A stretch of DNA of 63,941 nucleotides, filler included, from Reticulomyxa filosa (GCA_000512085.1; 25 parts of 25 records of this genome joined end to end with filler, not necessarily neighbours in it); one strand, 5' to 3'; shown: positions 36,896 through 50,247, counted from the first letter of the whole stretch. Numbers and translations are program-made. The notes: a model not told the origin generated them from the letters alone.

Positions 36896-37790
36896 GTCAT
36901 TGTTGTCATTACCATTGTGATTGGACTCTTTTGTGAGCTTCGCTTCTTCCTTGTTTTGGCTTTCACTGTCAACGGGCACAACTGCCTCTTGCTGTTCGTG
37001 TTTATCTTCATGTCCATGTGTGTCGTATTTGTGCTCATGTTTGTGTCGATGTGGATATTTATGTTCATGTCTATATCCGCGCCCACGATGTCCGCGGTCG
37101 TGTCTATGTTCCTGTTCATGTTCATGTTCATGTCCATGTTCATGTTCACGTTCACGTTCATGTTCATGCCCATGTCCATGTGAAGGGTAGTTTGGCATGT
37201 TTTGCTGCACTGGATGCAATCTCTCCGTTTCCTTGTCGATTCTCTCTTGAATTGCGTTGCTTAGATGGTAGTGTCCAAATCGACGTGCTATTGCCGCTGC
37301 GTCCTCGCCTTGATATTTCGCCAACAAGTCCAACTTGTCGTGTTGAAGAAACTCTTTCCATAGTTCCACGTCATTGCATGCTTGTGCCTTTTTTTTTTTT
37401 TTGTTACGTTATAATTTTTCGTAAAAAAAAAAAAAAAAAAAAAAACAAGCTACACATATATACATATATATATATTATATACTTATATATATATGTATAT
37501 AATATTAACCTAAGAGATGCAATGCATTCCTTCCAACAATCGAGTCTTGTATAGTCCTTTGGTTCAAATAATTGCTATTGGTTTTTTTCAGGTTCAAAAA
37601 ATAAGAGACTATCTTCTTGTGATAGTTCCTGCAACTCCATTGAAATGCATTCATCCCTTCCTCCATGTCCATTGTCACCACGCGGAAAGGGTCCCCTCCT
37701 TGTTCAATGTACTGCTTCACTTCGTCCAAATACTCATCTCCACCTCCTTCGTTCACTGTGTTTCTGCAGATCTTTAACAGTCTAATTTCC
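36792..37790 (-). CDS. Ankyrin-repeat protein with His/Glu-rich and poly-Asn tail (fragment)
   Basis: GMNAFQWSCRNYHKKIVSYFL, GRNALHLL and GEDAAAIARRFGHYHL; intron about 37508-37388; HEHEREREHEHGHEHE tract. Confidence 0.8.
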
Positions 37791-39734
37791 CACACACACA
37801 CAANNNNNNNNNNNNNNNNNNNNNNNNNNNNNNNNNNNNNNNNNNNNTTAATTAATTAANNNNNNNNNNNNNNNNNNNNNNNNNNNNNNNNNNNNNNNNN
37901 NNNATTATGATCTAGTATGCAGCTATGGCCAAATAATGGAGTACGTTACGTGGTTGAAAATTCAACAAAGACTTAGCATTGATCAGCACAGGGAGATACC
38001 ACAGAGACAGAGATAAAACAGCGTTGGGTCGCATTCACTCATGCTATCCGTGACTTTACCAAAGGACAAAGTAAACGCCAATACAAACAAGGCGTACCAA
38101 AAAAAGAAAGAGTCTTTGGATTATGTGGTCCGAGTATGAATCAAAGTTGAAAATGAAGTCGGAACCCAAGTCCGAAGACGGAGTACTCAACGCGATGATT
38201 GGCAGAGCGAACGAAGATTAACATTGACGAGTATTTGGAACAGTAAAGGTTTCATGATTGACCCAACCATGGTGGAGAGTATTAATACCTTTCAATTGAG
38301 TCGATCAAAAGGAAAAGAGTTAATATGTGTTCTGCTGAAACACGAATTAAACGAAAACTCTTTTGTATTGAATGACCATCAATAGTCAGTCCTGTGTTTT
38401 TTTGCTTGGAATTGGATTCATTGGAGCGCTATTGACAAATGCTTGGCTTCAGAATTTGTGGTATTGCTTTGAAGAGATACATCATTTTTTCCAGTGAATA
38501 TGAACACGTACAAATATTGATAACAAAACAAGCAAAGACAAAGCTCGAATAGTGACAAGCTTGTCCAAGAATGGAATCAATATCAAAGATACATTGCCAA
38601 CAAAATTGTCTGGAACTTGCTGTCAAATATAAAATGACAGACTACGAAAGAATTTTGGCGCTGGTCAACAATGCCTTTAGCAACTTGTATGGGTCTCGTA
38701 TGCTCGTTTTAAAAAAATACAAAAAATGCATTGTCGAAACCTGATATCATTGAATTGGACAAGCAGACAAAGCGCATATGCTTGAGTTTGGACTGCCGTT
38801 ACATTATCTTGGAAGAAGCAGAAGTAAATACCGCAACCTCCAAAAACAAAAAACCAAACATATTGACAAATTGCCGATCGTTGGAAAAATTAGTGTCAAT
38901 GACTTGAGTTATGTGTATCGATTTGCTGATGACTTCTCATTGTGTTTGTTGTCACTCAAATGCCGGAAGAGTCCATTCATTGGGCTCGTGCTTTGAGTAA
39001 GCAGACCGATGCACAAAGATTAAAATCCGGATCCAAACATTGTCACAAGCACAGCAGTCACACCAAAAGCGATTTTGGCAAATATACCACAACGGACTGT
39101 TTGGGTCATAAATTAATGATATTCGTTTGGTTTCACGATCATTCTTTTTTTTTTTCTTTGTCGTTTTGATGCACACGGTTGATTTTTTCCTCGTTTGTTT
39201 GTTGTTTTTCATGCTTAACACATCTTTGAACGGTTTGTTTGTTGAAGCAAAGTTGTTCAAAACATTTTTTGATAGAACTCGAATGTGTTTCATGCATTTT
39301 TCATTCCTTATTTTAAAGAAAATATTAAGAATTCGCACTAATACAAATTGTTTTTTTTTCCCACTAAATCTTAAGTATTTTCAAAAAGTAAAGGTTAGCG
39401 AAAGAGAAGTGTGACAATATTATCTTAGTTCAAAAAAAGGAGCAACACAAGTCCTCTTTATAGTTTGTCAAGTAGTTCATTTACAAACAAATTATTTNNN
39501 NNNNNNNNNNNNNNNNNNNNNNNNNNNNNNNNNNNNNNNNNTTAATTAATTAANNNNNNNNNNNNNNNNNNNNNNNNNNNNNNNNNNNNNNNNNNNNGTA
39601 CTTTTTTTTTTAATAAAAAAAAAGTTTGAGGGCAAGCTAAAGTGCAGCAAATTTACGATACTTCGTGCAGTTTGGAATGCATTTATACGTGTAACAACAC
39701 CTGAACTAGACTGTGAGGATCGTGGACAGCGTGT

Positions 39735-40151
39735 ATGGTGGAAGCATTCCCTGAAACAGATAAAACTAGCTATCAATTGCCACGGGGATGGTCTCATGAC
39801 CAAAGACAAATGGCATTGGCAGAGCTACAATCCCATCAACAAAAATATGAAAAACAAGAAGGATTTTCTCAATATGACATGACAGAAGAAGAGAAAAAAA
39901 AATTACCTGTTTGGATCACTGGCCAACCTAACGCTTTTTGGGAAGGAGGAATGCCCGATATTTCCAAATACCGATGGAGACCAGATTTGATTGATCGCTT
40001 AAATCAAAAAGGTCCTGCTGGTATCCCTCCTTTTGAAGAAGAACAAATACAAAAACTATTAGCTGAAAAAATCGATCCATGTGATCACCAATTTAGATGG
40101 ATGAAAGCTATGATTCGCACTGGAAAATTTCAAGCCCTGGGATTTCATTGA
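39735..40151 (+). CDS. Hypothetical protein, last exon
   Basis: 138-aa ORF with natural protein composition. True start is probably further upstream. Confidence 0.6.
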   Translation: MVEAFPETDKTSYQLPRGWSHDQRQMALAELQSHQQKYEKQEGFSQYDMTEEEKKKLPVWITGQPNAFWEGGMPDISKYRWRPDLIDRLNQKGPAGIPPFEEEQIQKLLAEKIDPCDHQFRWMKAMIRTGKFQALGFH

Positions 40152-41110
40152 AATTTATTACGGTTTTCGTTTGATTTTTGAACAAGAAACGAAGCAAAAA
40201 AAAACTTCTTCTTTTATTGTAACAAATCTTTTTAATTGCCCATAAAACGCTTTTTAAAATGTTTTCCTTTTCTTAGGGATGACTTATAGCGTGTTTTTAA
40301 CCATTTTTGAACTTGCACATCACAAAAGCGGTTATCTTTGTTTGTCAAGAATGGTATGCTTACAAGCGAAATGAAATAACTTTAAAAACAAGGTTCGATT
40401 GCTTTATGAATGCAAAAAGAAAAAAACAATATACCTAGGCAAGACTCTCAGTGTTTGAGGGGGATCCATTTGTCAGCAATATTTTTTTTATTGTTTTGTT
40501 GTGTTTGTCTCGTATTCTGTTTTTGTTTTGGAAAGAAAAAAAGAGCCTACTTTCTTTGCACAAAAACAAGCACAAAAAAGCACACCATCCATTCACATTG
40601 TTACCAAAACAAATCAAAAACAGAATAAAAACTAAAATAAGTAAGATAACCAAGTCAAAAGCAAGACGCATTTGCATTCCGAATTGCAAATAAGCAAAAT
40701 GGAAAGTCAAACAAAACAAAAACGGAAGCACGGGCCGTGCAACGAAACTCAAGAACACAACAACAAAAAAAAACTAACCAAATCACAAGGATGGATTGGG
40801 AAAAAATCATGCACACAAAAAAATTTATGCAAAAGTCTTTCCCACAAACAGCGTATGTCCATTATTACTATTATTTTTATTTTAAAAATTTTTTCTTTAA
40901 ATCCTGATCAATTTTTTTTCTTTTCTTTTTTTTCCCACTCCCTTTTATGTCCCTCCTCCAGCAAAAGAAAAAAAAGACAACCCAAAAAAAAAATAAAACA
41001 ACGACGAAAAAAAATTAGAACAACGCACAAGCAAAAAAAAAAAAAAAAAAAATTAATGAACCAAACAAGACAAGCAGAAAACAACAAGGTCATAGAGGTG
41101 ATGAAGTACA

Positions 41111-41563
41111 GTTAATCCGCAGTAGTAATGACGCCAGACATGTGAGATTCATTGTCTTGGAATGATGACTTGGAATAGGCATAATAAAATGTATGAATAA
41201 CCCAAGCCAAAGTCATGAAAGTTAAAGGTAGTACCGACGTTAAACTTAGCATATATATGCTCTTAATACATTTACCTTTACCGCCACCAAAATATTCTCC
41301 TTTTTCGTGTGATATATGCGCACAATCATTTCAACAACAATACGAAAGAAAAAAAAAAAAAAAAGGTATTCGATTTCAATCCTGCCTCAGTTGTATATGT
41401 ATAAGTATATGTGAGGGGTATGTATGTATGCGCGTAGCATAAAATACCCAAAAGTACTGCAATTCCACCAATGGCTAGCATAACAGTGAAAAGAGCTAGG
41501 AGTGGGAGCAAGTACCAATAGGAGTGTTTATGTCGATGGGGATGATGTTGCTGTTCTCGTTCG
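41111..41563 (-). CDS. Multi-pass membrane protein, C-terminal fragment
   Basis: Hydrophobic YWYLLPLLALFTVMLAIGGIAVLLGIL and a later exon MTLAWVIHTFYYAY...TTAD*. Confidence 0.45.
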
Positions 41564-41663
41564 NNNNNNNNNNNNNNNNNNNNNNNNNNNNNNNNNNNNN
41601 NNNNNNNTTAATTAATTAANNNNNNNNNNNNNNNNNNNNNNNNNNNNNNNNNNNNNNNNNNNN

Positions 41664-42856
41664 ATTGGACACGGAAACCATGGCCAATCGTCTGCTGACC
41701 AACTCGTTGCAATGGGATGATCGACCTAATTGGACTTATCCCAAATACCCATCATTCGCCGTTCGAACTGACCGTCATGTGTCATGCGACCGTGCATCCA
41801 TCCAAAGCACCCACACATGCGCCCACTCTCCCTCCTACCGTCAATCAACCTCCGAAATGGACTTTATGTCCAAATAAACACTTGTTTTCGTTTTCCAAAA
41901 ACGAGTCCAATCAAACGGTGTTTTGGTCGATTCCGCAGGCAATCGACAGTCAAGCCATCACTGTTGAATTGTGGCAGCAAGTGTACACATGCATTGATCT
42001 CAAAGACACCCTACACAAAGTCAGCATGAATAAAGTAAAGTCCGGCATAGTGCTCGCGTCGGGATTCCGCTACGATCTTGTGTACAAGGCGACCGACTCA
42101 AACGAACTGACCAGCAATTGCACCGTCACCATTTACGTGATCAATTGCACAGTCTACGACTACGTTGGACTACTGCATACACAGCTCCTTCTCCATCAAC
42201 GTCGTAATCAACGAGGACGACTACACACTTGTCAACACCGACCAACAGCAGTACACGGTCGACAATGGCATCACCATTTCCAAAGTCTATCTCGTCGACT
42301 TGGTCGCAAAGAGACAAAACTGCTACGTGCGCGCTCAGTTTGTGCGACAGGTGTCTCCCAAGACGGCGCAGACAGCTACCTCCACTTATCTGGGCATCAA
42401 AGGGCATACTGTCGCGTGGCAGATTGTCATTTTGGTATTTGTCATTTGTGTCTTGGCCTTGGCTGTCGAGGCCGTTCGGAGATGCGTGCGCGAGTATCGT
42501 GCGGCGCATAAGAAAGAGGCTGATTCCACCAAATTGATTCGCGATGTCGATGCCACCACTGAAGAAAAGGAAGCCATGACCGGTGTTGCTCCTGCCAACT
42601 CAATGCAAAAGGGCACGTCACAAAGTATCAATGGTCCTGGTGCTGCTAATACAAATGCAAATGCAAATACAAATACAAATACAAATGCAAATACAAATAC
42701 AAATACAAATGCAACTGATGAAACAGACGGAGTGGCTATTGAAATACAAACCACAGACAATACCGAGGCACCTGCGTCCCCTGGAAAAGCTGGAGCCACT
42801 GCTGTCACGTCAAATGTTGGATACGTACCTCCTTCGCCCAAAGGATACGTCCCTCC
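41664..42856 (+). CDS. Type-I membrane protein with HYR domain, PT-rich stalk and cytoplasmic tail (frameshifted fragment)
   Basis: PSKAPTHAPTLPPT, then PPKWTLCP...VFWSIPQAID...LVYKATDSNELTSNCTVTIYV (HYR pattern). After a frame change near 42160: TM segment WQIVILVFVICVLALAV followed by RRCVR. Confidence 0.65.
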
Positions 42857-43899
42857 NNNNNNNNNNNNNNNNNNNNNNNNNNNNNNNNNNNNNNNNNNNN
42901 TTAATTAATTAANNNNNNNNNNNNNNNNNNNNNNNNNNNNNNNNNNNNNNNNNNNNTTAATAATGACCGATATTTATGTTCGCCTCACATAACAATAATG
43001 CTCGTTTATGAGACATCAAAATATCTAAATTATTGTATATTGTGTGAACAATGATAAGAATAATGCTTACATAAGAAGGAATATATGTGATAAAAAGATC
43101 ACAAATATTCTATTATAAGGAAAAAAGAATCAAAAGCATGGTGAAAGTGGTATCGTGATCAACTTACATTCAAATGTAGGCATCAAACTATATTTCGATT
43201 ACAGTAACGATATGATCTGATATGTATATTCAAATAGCAATAATATTCACTTATCCAATTGTGCTGGTCTCTTTCACATCTTAGTCATTCTCAAGCAAAG
43301 CAAAAGATGTAATACGCTGTGATGACAACATAAGCAAAGATTTGCTATATTTTTGAGAAAGTGTTTGATTGAGCAACTCGTTGCTGTAAATCTTTTCATA
43401 AGCATGTCGTAAGAGATGTTATAAATTATTTGCAATTGATCGGTCATCACGAAATGAATGTTTCTTAGTTGGCAGTATTTAGATTCATTCTATTGATATA
43501 TGTTTCAATAGATAGTCGGATATTCCATCAATGACAAATCGTTCTTTTTAGGGAAACGTACTCAGATACTTATGTTTGTCAATCACATCCTCTGAAAGCG
43601 CTTATTTTTGCATGTAATTGTTTATTTCTTTTTTTGTTATGTAAAATGGTTTGCGCTCGAATTATGAATTAACAGTTACTAGGAGAAAACGTTGGAGCTT
43701 TTATTGAGTTAAGTGTACTAAACATGACAAAATGTTGACATTTCAAAAATCTTCTATTTTATAATAACATGACAAGAAAATTTTTTTAAACAAGCTCAAA
43801 ATCTACTGTCGTTTTCCTTTTCGACAAGTTTTGGTGTTTCTTTGGGTTTTCTCTTGCTTCTGTTTATTGTGAATTTCGGCACCAATTCCTTTATTTCCA

Positions 43900-46060
43900 A
43901 TTATTGCAGCTGTTGTTTCTTTGGAGATGCATTTCGACCTTTGCTGGTGACAAAGTATCTATTGTTATTTACAGTACCGTCGTGGTCATTGTAATGCCAA
44001 TTTTTTGGATAAACAAGTGGATCAAATTGCAGTTGAACTGTCTGCTTTGAATCAATCCGTGCATTGACGCGATTTTTATTTTTGGCTTCAAAATGCGCGT
44101 TCAAATATGGCTACATCACTATCACCGATTATATCTTTCAAAGACATATACGAATAAGATAGCCTTTTTTTAAAAGTATTGCATTCCATTGAGCGATCAA
44201 TTATCCAATAAAATGCCAAACATTTCCCTGTCGTCAAAGTTGATCATAAAACACAACTTTGTCAATATCGCCCGTGTCGAGAATGACTCTACCCACCAAC
44301 TTTTACGGCCGAGGCTTATTTGCGTCGCAGGTGACACATTCGAGAAGGGCGTTCAGCATTGTGCTCGACTTGCACGTCTGGTCATATTGTCAATTTTCGA
44401 CGGAAGGATAATTGAGTTGAAAGGCCTCGGTCAAATCTTGCTTTGCGTTGCAAATTTTCGATGAGATGCTTTGGCGACGCGAAAAAGTCTCGTATGTGAA
44501 TGTATCATAAAAGTAAGAAGTGGCATTGGCCGAACAGTTTCACTTCAAGATCAAAGATCCCTCTCATATGATGGAAGATTGCATGTGGACACGATCTAAC
44601 TTTGTTCACAACCACAAATTAGCGATTTGATTGCATCGCTGCATACAAGTTCAGTTCGGACAATTACAAGAATACTTTGGTCATCACAAACAGTCCATGG
44701 CCATGTCTTGCCTTTACCATCATGGCCTTGATTGAGTGATTTATCCAACTCCATTCCAATGCTTTATGTATATATATTTTATTATTAAGTCATTTGTTCA
44801 TTTAAATAAACAAAATAAAATTATAAATTATTATTAAAATAAACCTGTTCGTCCTGAAGTAATTTCAACAAGATTATTCACTTGCAATTTTTTTGCAACT
44901 CTTTCACTTTTTCTTCGAAAATGTTGAGCCAATCCCAGTTGCCTGTTCGCGGATCATATTCTTTGTTCAGCACATAATTCAAGTCTACATACTTTATGTT
45001 GAAAGGGATCTTCAAGATCTTGCTAATATTTTCTAGTTGCAAAAAATCGGAACGAGATCTGTATTTTCGTTGCATTCGTTGAATCCCACATCAATACATT
45101 CACCTTTACCCAAAATCAGGAGATTGCCAGAGTATCTGACAAAACAGTTTCAATAAAAAATGATGTATCTCCAAAAAAAGATCTCAACACGATAATGCTG
45201 CTCATATCAACAACTGATTTAAGATTTATTTTTTTCCTTCTTCATCTTTGCTGATGACGATACACTGACGATTCAATCCAAACTCGTCGTCTTGCCGCAT
45301 TTGTGTCTTTGGTAATCACCGCGCTCGATCTATTCGTCGATTGATAATTTGAAGAAGGTTCATTTCCAGGTCTTCTGGAATTGTTTCGAGCTTAGCACTT
45401 CTGTGAGCACGCATTTTCACTATTGAGTCCATATCGCCGATACTTGCAAAATAACCGTATCCTGGTTTTGCATTCAAAGTATTTTTTTTTTTTTTTTTTT
45501 TTTTTTTAATTCAGTCATCAAATAATATTATCTTGTTAATACATACTACATTACACATTTCCCTTCTCTTCTTTTCAATGCTGGACCTGTGGACTTTCCC
45601 AATGTATTTGATCACACCTGCAAAAATTCAACAGATTGTTTTTTTTAAGTTGTCAAAAATAGACATACAATTCAACATGTACGTATATTTAAAAAAAAAA
45701 AACACGTTTTCTATTATTAGCTAATTCAACTCGATCACCGACGACATAGTTACGGGTTTTTGAATAGTAGTAAGTCATTTTAGTAATTTTTCCGTTCGTC
45801 CAGCTGCGCAAAATTCTCAAATTTCGTTATCATTGTCATCGGCTCTTTTGTAAGTTTTAAGATATCTCTTGCTTGGAATATGTTGTGATCTTGACACACA
45901 TTCAGCCATCGCTGTAGCGTTTCTGCCACGGGTTGCAATTGTAGTGTCATGCTTTTCTTTTCGAGAATCCTTTTTTCCGTTATATCTGCTTTGGAGAATC
46001 TTGACTTTAAAAACAATTGCAAACTTTGTCGACGTTCGTCAAGTTTATTTCTTTCCACTG
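43900..46060 (-). pseudogene. Decayed multi-exon gene, paralogous to 54918-56600
   Basis: Shared nucleotide blocks with the other contig, e.g. CATGGCCTTGA..GAGTG.TTTATCCAACT (44721 / 56087), CCAGAGTATCTGACAA (45128 / 56329) and TCACACCTGCAAAAA (45612 / 56538). In-frame stops. Confidence 0.7.
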
Positions 46061-46846
46061 TTGGAGAGTCCTTTTTTTTTTAATTGTATCTTTTTTGATA
46101 AGAGATCACAGCTTCAGAAAAAAAAAAGGGTGTGTTTTTGATAAGTTATTGTATACATTGNNNNNNNNNNNNNNNNNNNNNNNNNNNNNNNNNNNNNNNN
46201 NNNNTTAATTAATTAANNNNNNNNNNNNNNNNNNNNNNNNNNNNNNNNNNNNNNNNNNNNTTGTAATCCATGTCAATTGACAAATACTTTAATTGGACAT
46301 AATGACCATTGTATTCAATATTATCGATTATTTGATTATTCTCAATTGCTTTGTTCATCAAACGACGAAACAATTCGAATATAGAATATAGAGAAAGCTG
46401 AACAAATACAAATGCTATCCAAAGATTCAGTCCATATGAAAGATATAAATCCTTTTTTTTAACTTTGAGTTTCTAATTTAGGCACGATCAACAATACGAT
46501 ATATTATTCGGATTTTTGGAAATTGTATATATATTTTGAGAAAAAAACCTCTTTTTCTGAACCAACTTGTATTATTTGAAGAAATAGCGTTAGTGATACT
46601 GATTTGTGATAAAACTTTGTGCACATTAATAGTGTATTACAGTTCTTTCAATAAAATAATTCAGTTTAAATTTTAGATATTTCTTAAAAGAATATTATTT
46701 AAATTTCTGTTTTATCATTATTTTTACAAAACAGCGTTCTATGAAGTAAAAAAAGTTATTTATATATGTATATACAAAATAGAAGAACGGAGTATTTTTT
46801 TTAAAAAAAAAGTTGAAACTTAAAAAAATCTAATCAATCAATCAAA

Positions 46847-47015
46847 TGTCAAGTTATAATATGAAGAATTTCCTTACTTTGACCGAATTACCGGAAGCAT
46901 TATCAGTTTCACAATGTATTTCATTAAATAATGAAATTCTTATCTGTAGTGGTGCTAAAATTACTAAATGTTACTCATGTCATACTCTGAAAAAAGTTGC
47001 CTGGCAAAGGAGCTA
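46847..47015 (+). pseudogene. Truncated Kelch-family first-blade relic
   Basis: MSSYNMKNFLTLTELPEALSVSQCISLNNEILICSGAKITKCYSCHTLK, homologous to the blade-1 sequences at about 8400 and 35270. Confidence 0.7.
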
Positions 47016-47706
47016 AGATTTGAAATGAAGATGATATCAGCATTTTTGTTTTTTGTTTTACTTTATTTTAGTTGAATATAAGGAAACAATGTTCGTTCAA
47101 AATTGCTTGGGCTTCGAAAATAGAAAAGTAATACATCTTCAACTGTTGCCTTTGGTGTAAGAGTTAGCACTTGCAAGCTATATTCTTAAAAATAAATATT
47201 CAATGAAAAGAAAAATTTGAAAATGAGTCAATAACAAGCAGCGCTGAAGAAGAAAATTCGATGTTGCATGATGAAGCAAAATATCAATCAATTGAAACCT
47301 AAAAAGAGGAATTTTGAATTAAATGATATTTTCAATAGAAAGCTTTTTCAATCTTTTTGCTTCCGATGATTAAAACCTTTCTATTATTGTGAGAGTGGAA
47401 AATATTTTTCAGATTTAAAACAATTATATCCTTTGAACACACATTCGCTATTATCGAATGGAACATCGAAAAATAGTTACAAGTCAAATCAAGCAGCTCT
47501 ATTGAATAAAAATGTTCCAAACAAACATTTCTGATATGATAGCAGTCAAGGAACGATCTTTCAATGGGACAGACACTAGTTGAACAAAAAGATTTACATT
47601 GTCTTTCTAGTTACCAATTTTTAAAAATTTCCGATTAGTTTGGCAACTAACTAGTCGCGTAGCCTTGTGAGAAAATAGGGCAAGTTTTAAAAAAAGACTG
47701 ACGAAA

Positions 47707-49030
47707 ATGGCTTCAGCTCAAATATCTTCTTCGTCACATACATTGACAACATCATTATTTGATGGTACAACATATACTTGGGAGGTCGGACAACCAGTTT
47801 TAATCTATTCACCAATCAGTCCAAACTGGCGCCGAGGTGAGTTGCTGTCATGGACAAGCAAGAACAATTTGCAAGTGGCACACGCGGAGGAGAGTGGACT
47901 GACGGTTCGAACAATAAATCCGGACAACATAGAAATTCGGCCAATCCGCCAAGTTTAGTTTGATGTTTGTGCACAGTTGTGGAGTTGGCTGCAATGCAGC
48001 ATACATAAGTGTAACGAAGTGAGTCCACTGTACAAAGTTCCTCCCCCCCCTAATTTTTTTTTTTGGTAAAAAAAAAAAAAAAATTATAAAGGCACACGTT
48101 ATAATTGGCAAAGCGGATCAATAGTGGAATTGTACAGCAGCAGCGACAACTCATGGAACAAAGCACGTGTGGAAAAAGTAGTGGACAAAGGGAAAGAAGG
48201 AAACGAGAAGAAAGAATCGGAAAGTGGCAAGCACCCGTTGATACCAATCACAAAGAGTGGACTGTTTCAGCCAAAGCAAGGAATATACTTTGTGTTAACG
48301 GTCGAACTCGAAAGCGGGGGTTCCATCGTGTGCGAAGTGCCGCAATTGAGTAGTCAGCTGCGACATCGTCTGGTGTTGATCGAAAACTGGTCGAAAGTCA
48401 AGACGTCGTCGTCGTCGCAGGCAAAGACGACGACCGTGGAGACATTGAAGCACGATCGAGAAGGACAAGGGATAGATGCAGCGGCATTTGTATTACGTAA
48501 TGCATCTTTGAAGCGAAATGCCAATTCATTGGCGACATTAGTCCGTCATTGGATACGTACATGTGAGTGTATTTCATCATCATCATCATCATCGTCATCA
48601 TCATCGTCATCATCGTCATCATCATCGTCATCATCGTCTTCATCATCGTTATCGAAGATGATGCAAAATATGCCAATAGAACTGATCGCCATCATCATTC
48701 AATACCACAATTATGCCGATGCCATCTTGCTATACACTGACGAAATGAAGATCCTGGACACGGTCCATCCCGATGCCGACAAAGACGTCGTGTTGACCAC
48801 CAAATATCCGACCTCGCAATTCCATCATCGCTGCAGCTATCCCCAAAACCTGATGAACGATGGCACGCTCTACTTTGTTGGAGGCTTTGATCAAAAGCTT
48901 GGTCAGGCCGTCACCGATGTCTACTCCTTTGACGTTGCCACCGCCACTTTCACTTCTTTGCCTAGTCTCAGTCACAAACGATACGATAGCAAATCCTTGT
49001 TATTGGATGACAATTACTTGGTCACTTTGG
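47707..49030 (+). CDS. Two Tudor/SH3-like barrels + HWIR/PxELI linker + Kelch repeats, 3' truncated
   Basis: YTWEVGQPVLIYSPISPNWRRGEL and YNWQSGSIVELYSSSDNSWNKARV are duplicated units. LVRHWIR-(poly-Ser)-MPIELIAIIIQY follows, then Kelch LYFVGG...VYSFDV...LPSLSHKR. Confidence 0.7.
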
Positions 49031-49082
49031 GTATTACGTATACACACATTATATTTATGTATATAAATATGTGTATACGACT

Positions 49083-49114
<32 letters not shown>

Positions 49115-49515
49115 NNNNNNNNNNNNNNNNNNNNNNNNNNNNNNNNNNNNNNNNNNNNTTAATTAATTAANNNNNNNNNNNNNNNNNNNNNNNNNNNNNN
49201 NNNNNNNNNNNNNNCTGCTCGAGGTCGTAGCATAGGAGGCATAAGGGGTCTGCTTTAACGGACCCCTCCAAATCTTTAAAAAAAAAAACTGTACTCATGT
49301 TAATAAGTTGCTGTTTATTCTTTCTCAAAAATGTAAACATCTTCGTTCTCTGAAATGTTAATGTCTAATGATGTTCTTTAACGTTAAGTATGTCACTTTG
49401 ACACCAATTACTTTGTTCAATCATGGGAGGGTATGTAAGAAACATTGCGATAATAATGTTAAAATTGGCACATCAACATAGAACAATCCACATCAAGACA
49501 CGCTCTACAAAAAAA

Positions 49516-50247
49516 TGGAACAAATTGAATTGGGCAAAAGGGAACAAATGAAAGAAAGAGAACCAACACTTGATATTTTCGACTAGTCATTGAATGAGTT
49601 GGTGTCAACATTAGAAGACAACCTTCGAGAAGTGTTGCAAAGCGAAAACAAATCGAAAAAGTCGACAGAAACTTAAAAAGAGAATATGCTATCCGAAATT
49701 TGTGATGATTGGGTTCGTCATTCCGCAGTCCAAAACATTATCTTTTTTTTTTAAATAAATTAATAAATAAATTTTAAAAAAAAATAAATTGATGGAAAGG
49801 GTTTCCAAGCGACTCGAAGTGTCGATTATATGTATATGGTAGTGGAGATGATATTGACATCGTATGTTTGGGTCCCAATTTTTTGGCATTTGATTATTTC
49901 TTCGACGAACTGGGCCAAATCTCGTGCGTAAAAAGAGCTAAGGGTATGTTACTCTGTATACATACAAGGGAATGAGGGGAGGGGGGGGATATAATCTTCT
50001 CTTCCAAGTTCAAAAAATAAATAAATAAATTTGTATGGACTTGTATGCATGTATGTGTATGTGTACCGTGGATATACCTTGGATAGATAAAAACTGGGAC
50101 ATTCTGGACGATTACAACTTGGAACATCTGGGTCATGCCTTCATTCTGGATTTGAACGGAGTCAAGCTAGCCGAAAATTTTGTTGCTCATTATCAATCGA
50201 GACACATTCCCGTTTGGCTTTAAGAGCAATACGATATTGAGCAAAAC
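49516..50247 (+). pseudogene. Canonical poly(A) polymerase pseudogene
   Basis: RLYVYGSGDDIDIVCLGPN...DYFF (GS...DxD, 49832-49903), IPWIDKNWDILDD...LDLNGVKLAE and LALRAIRY*AK (TGA 50238-50240 at the conserved Trp of LRAIKLWAK). Confidence 0.75.

Noticed and set aside
50238-50240. Stop-codon reassignment (TGA = Trp)
   Set aside because: TGA also replaces Gly (8005) and terminates intact genes (18288-18290), TGG is used freely, and the affected genes also carry frameshifts.
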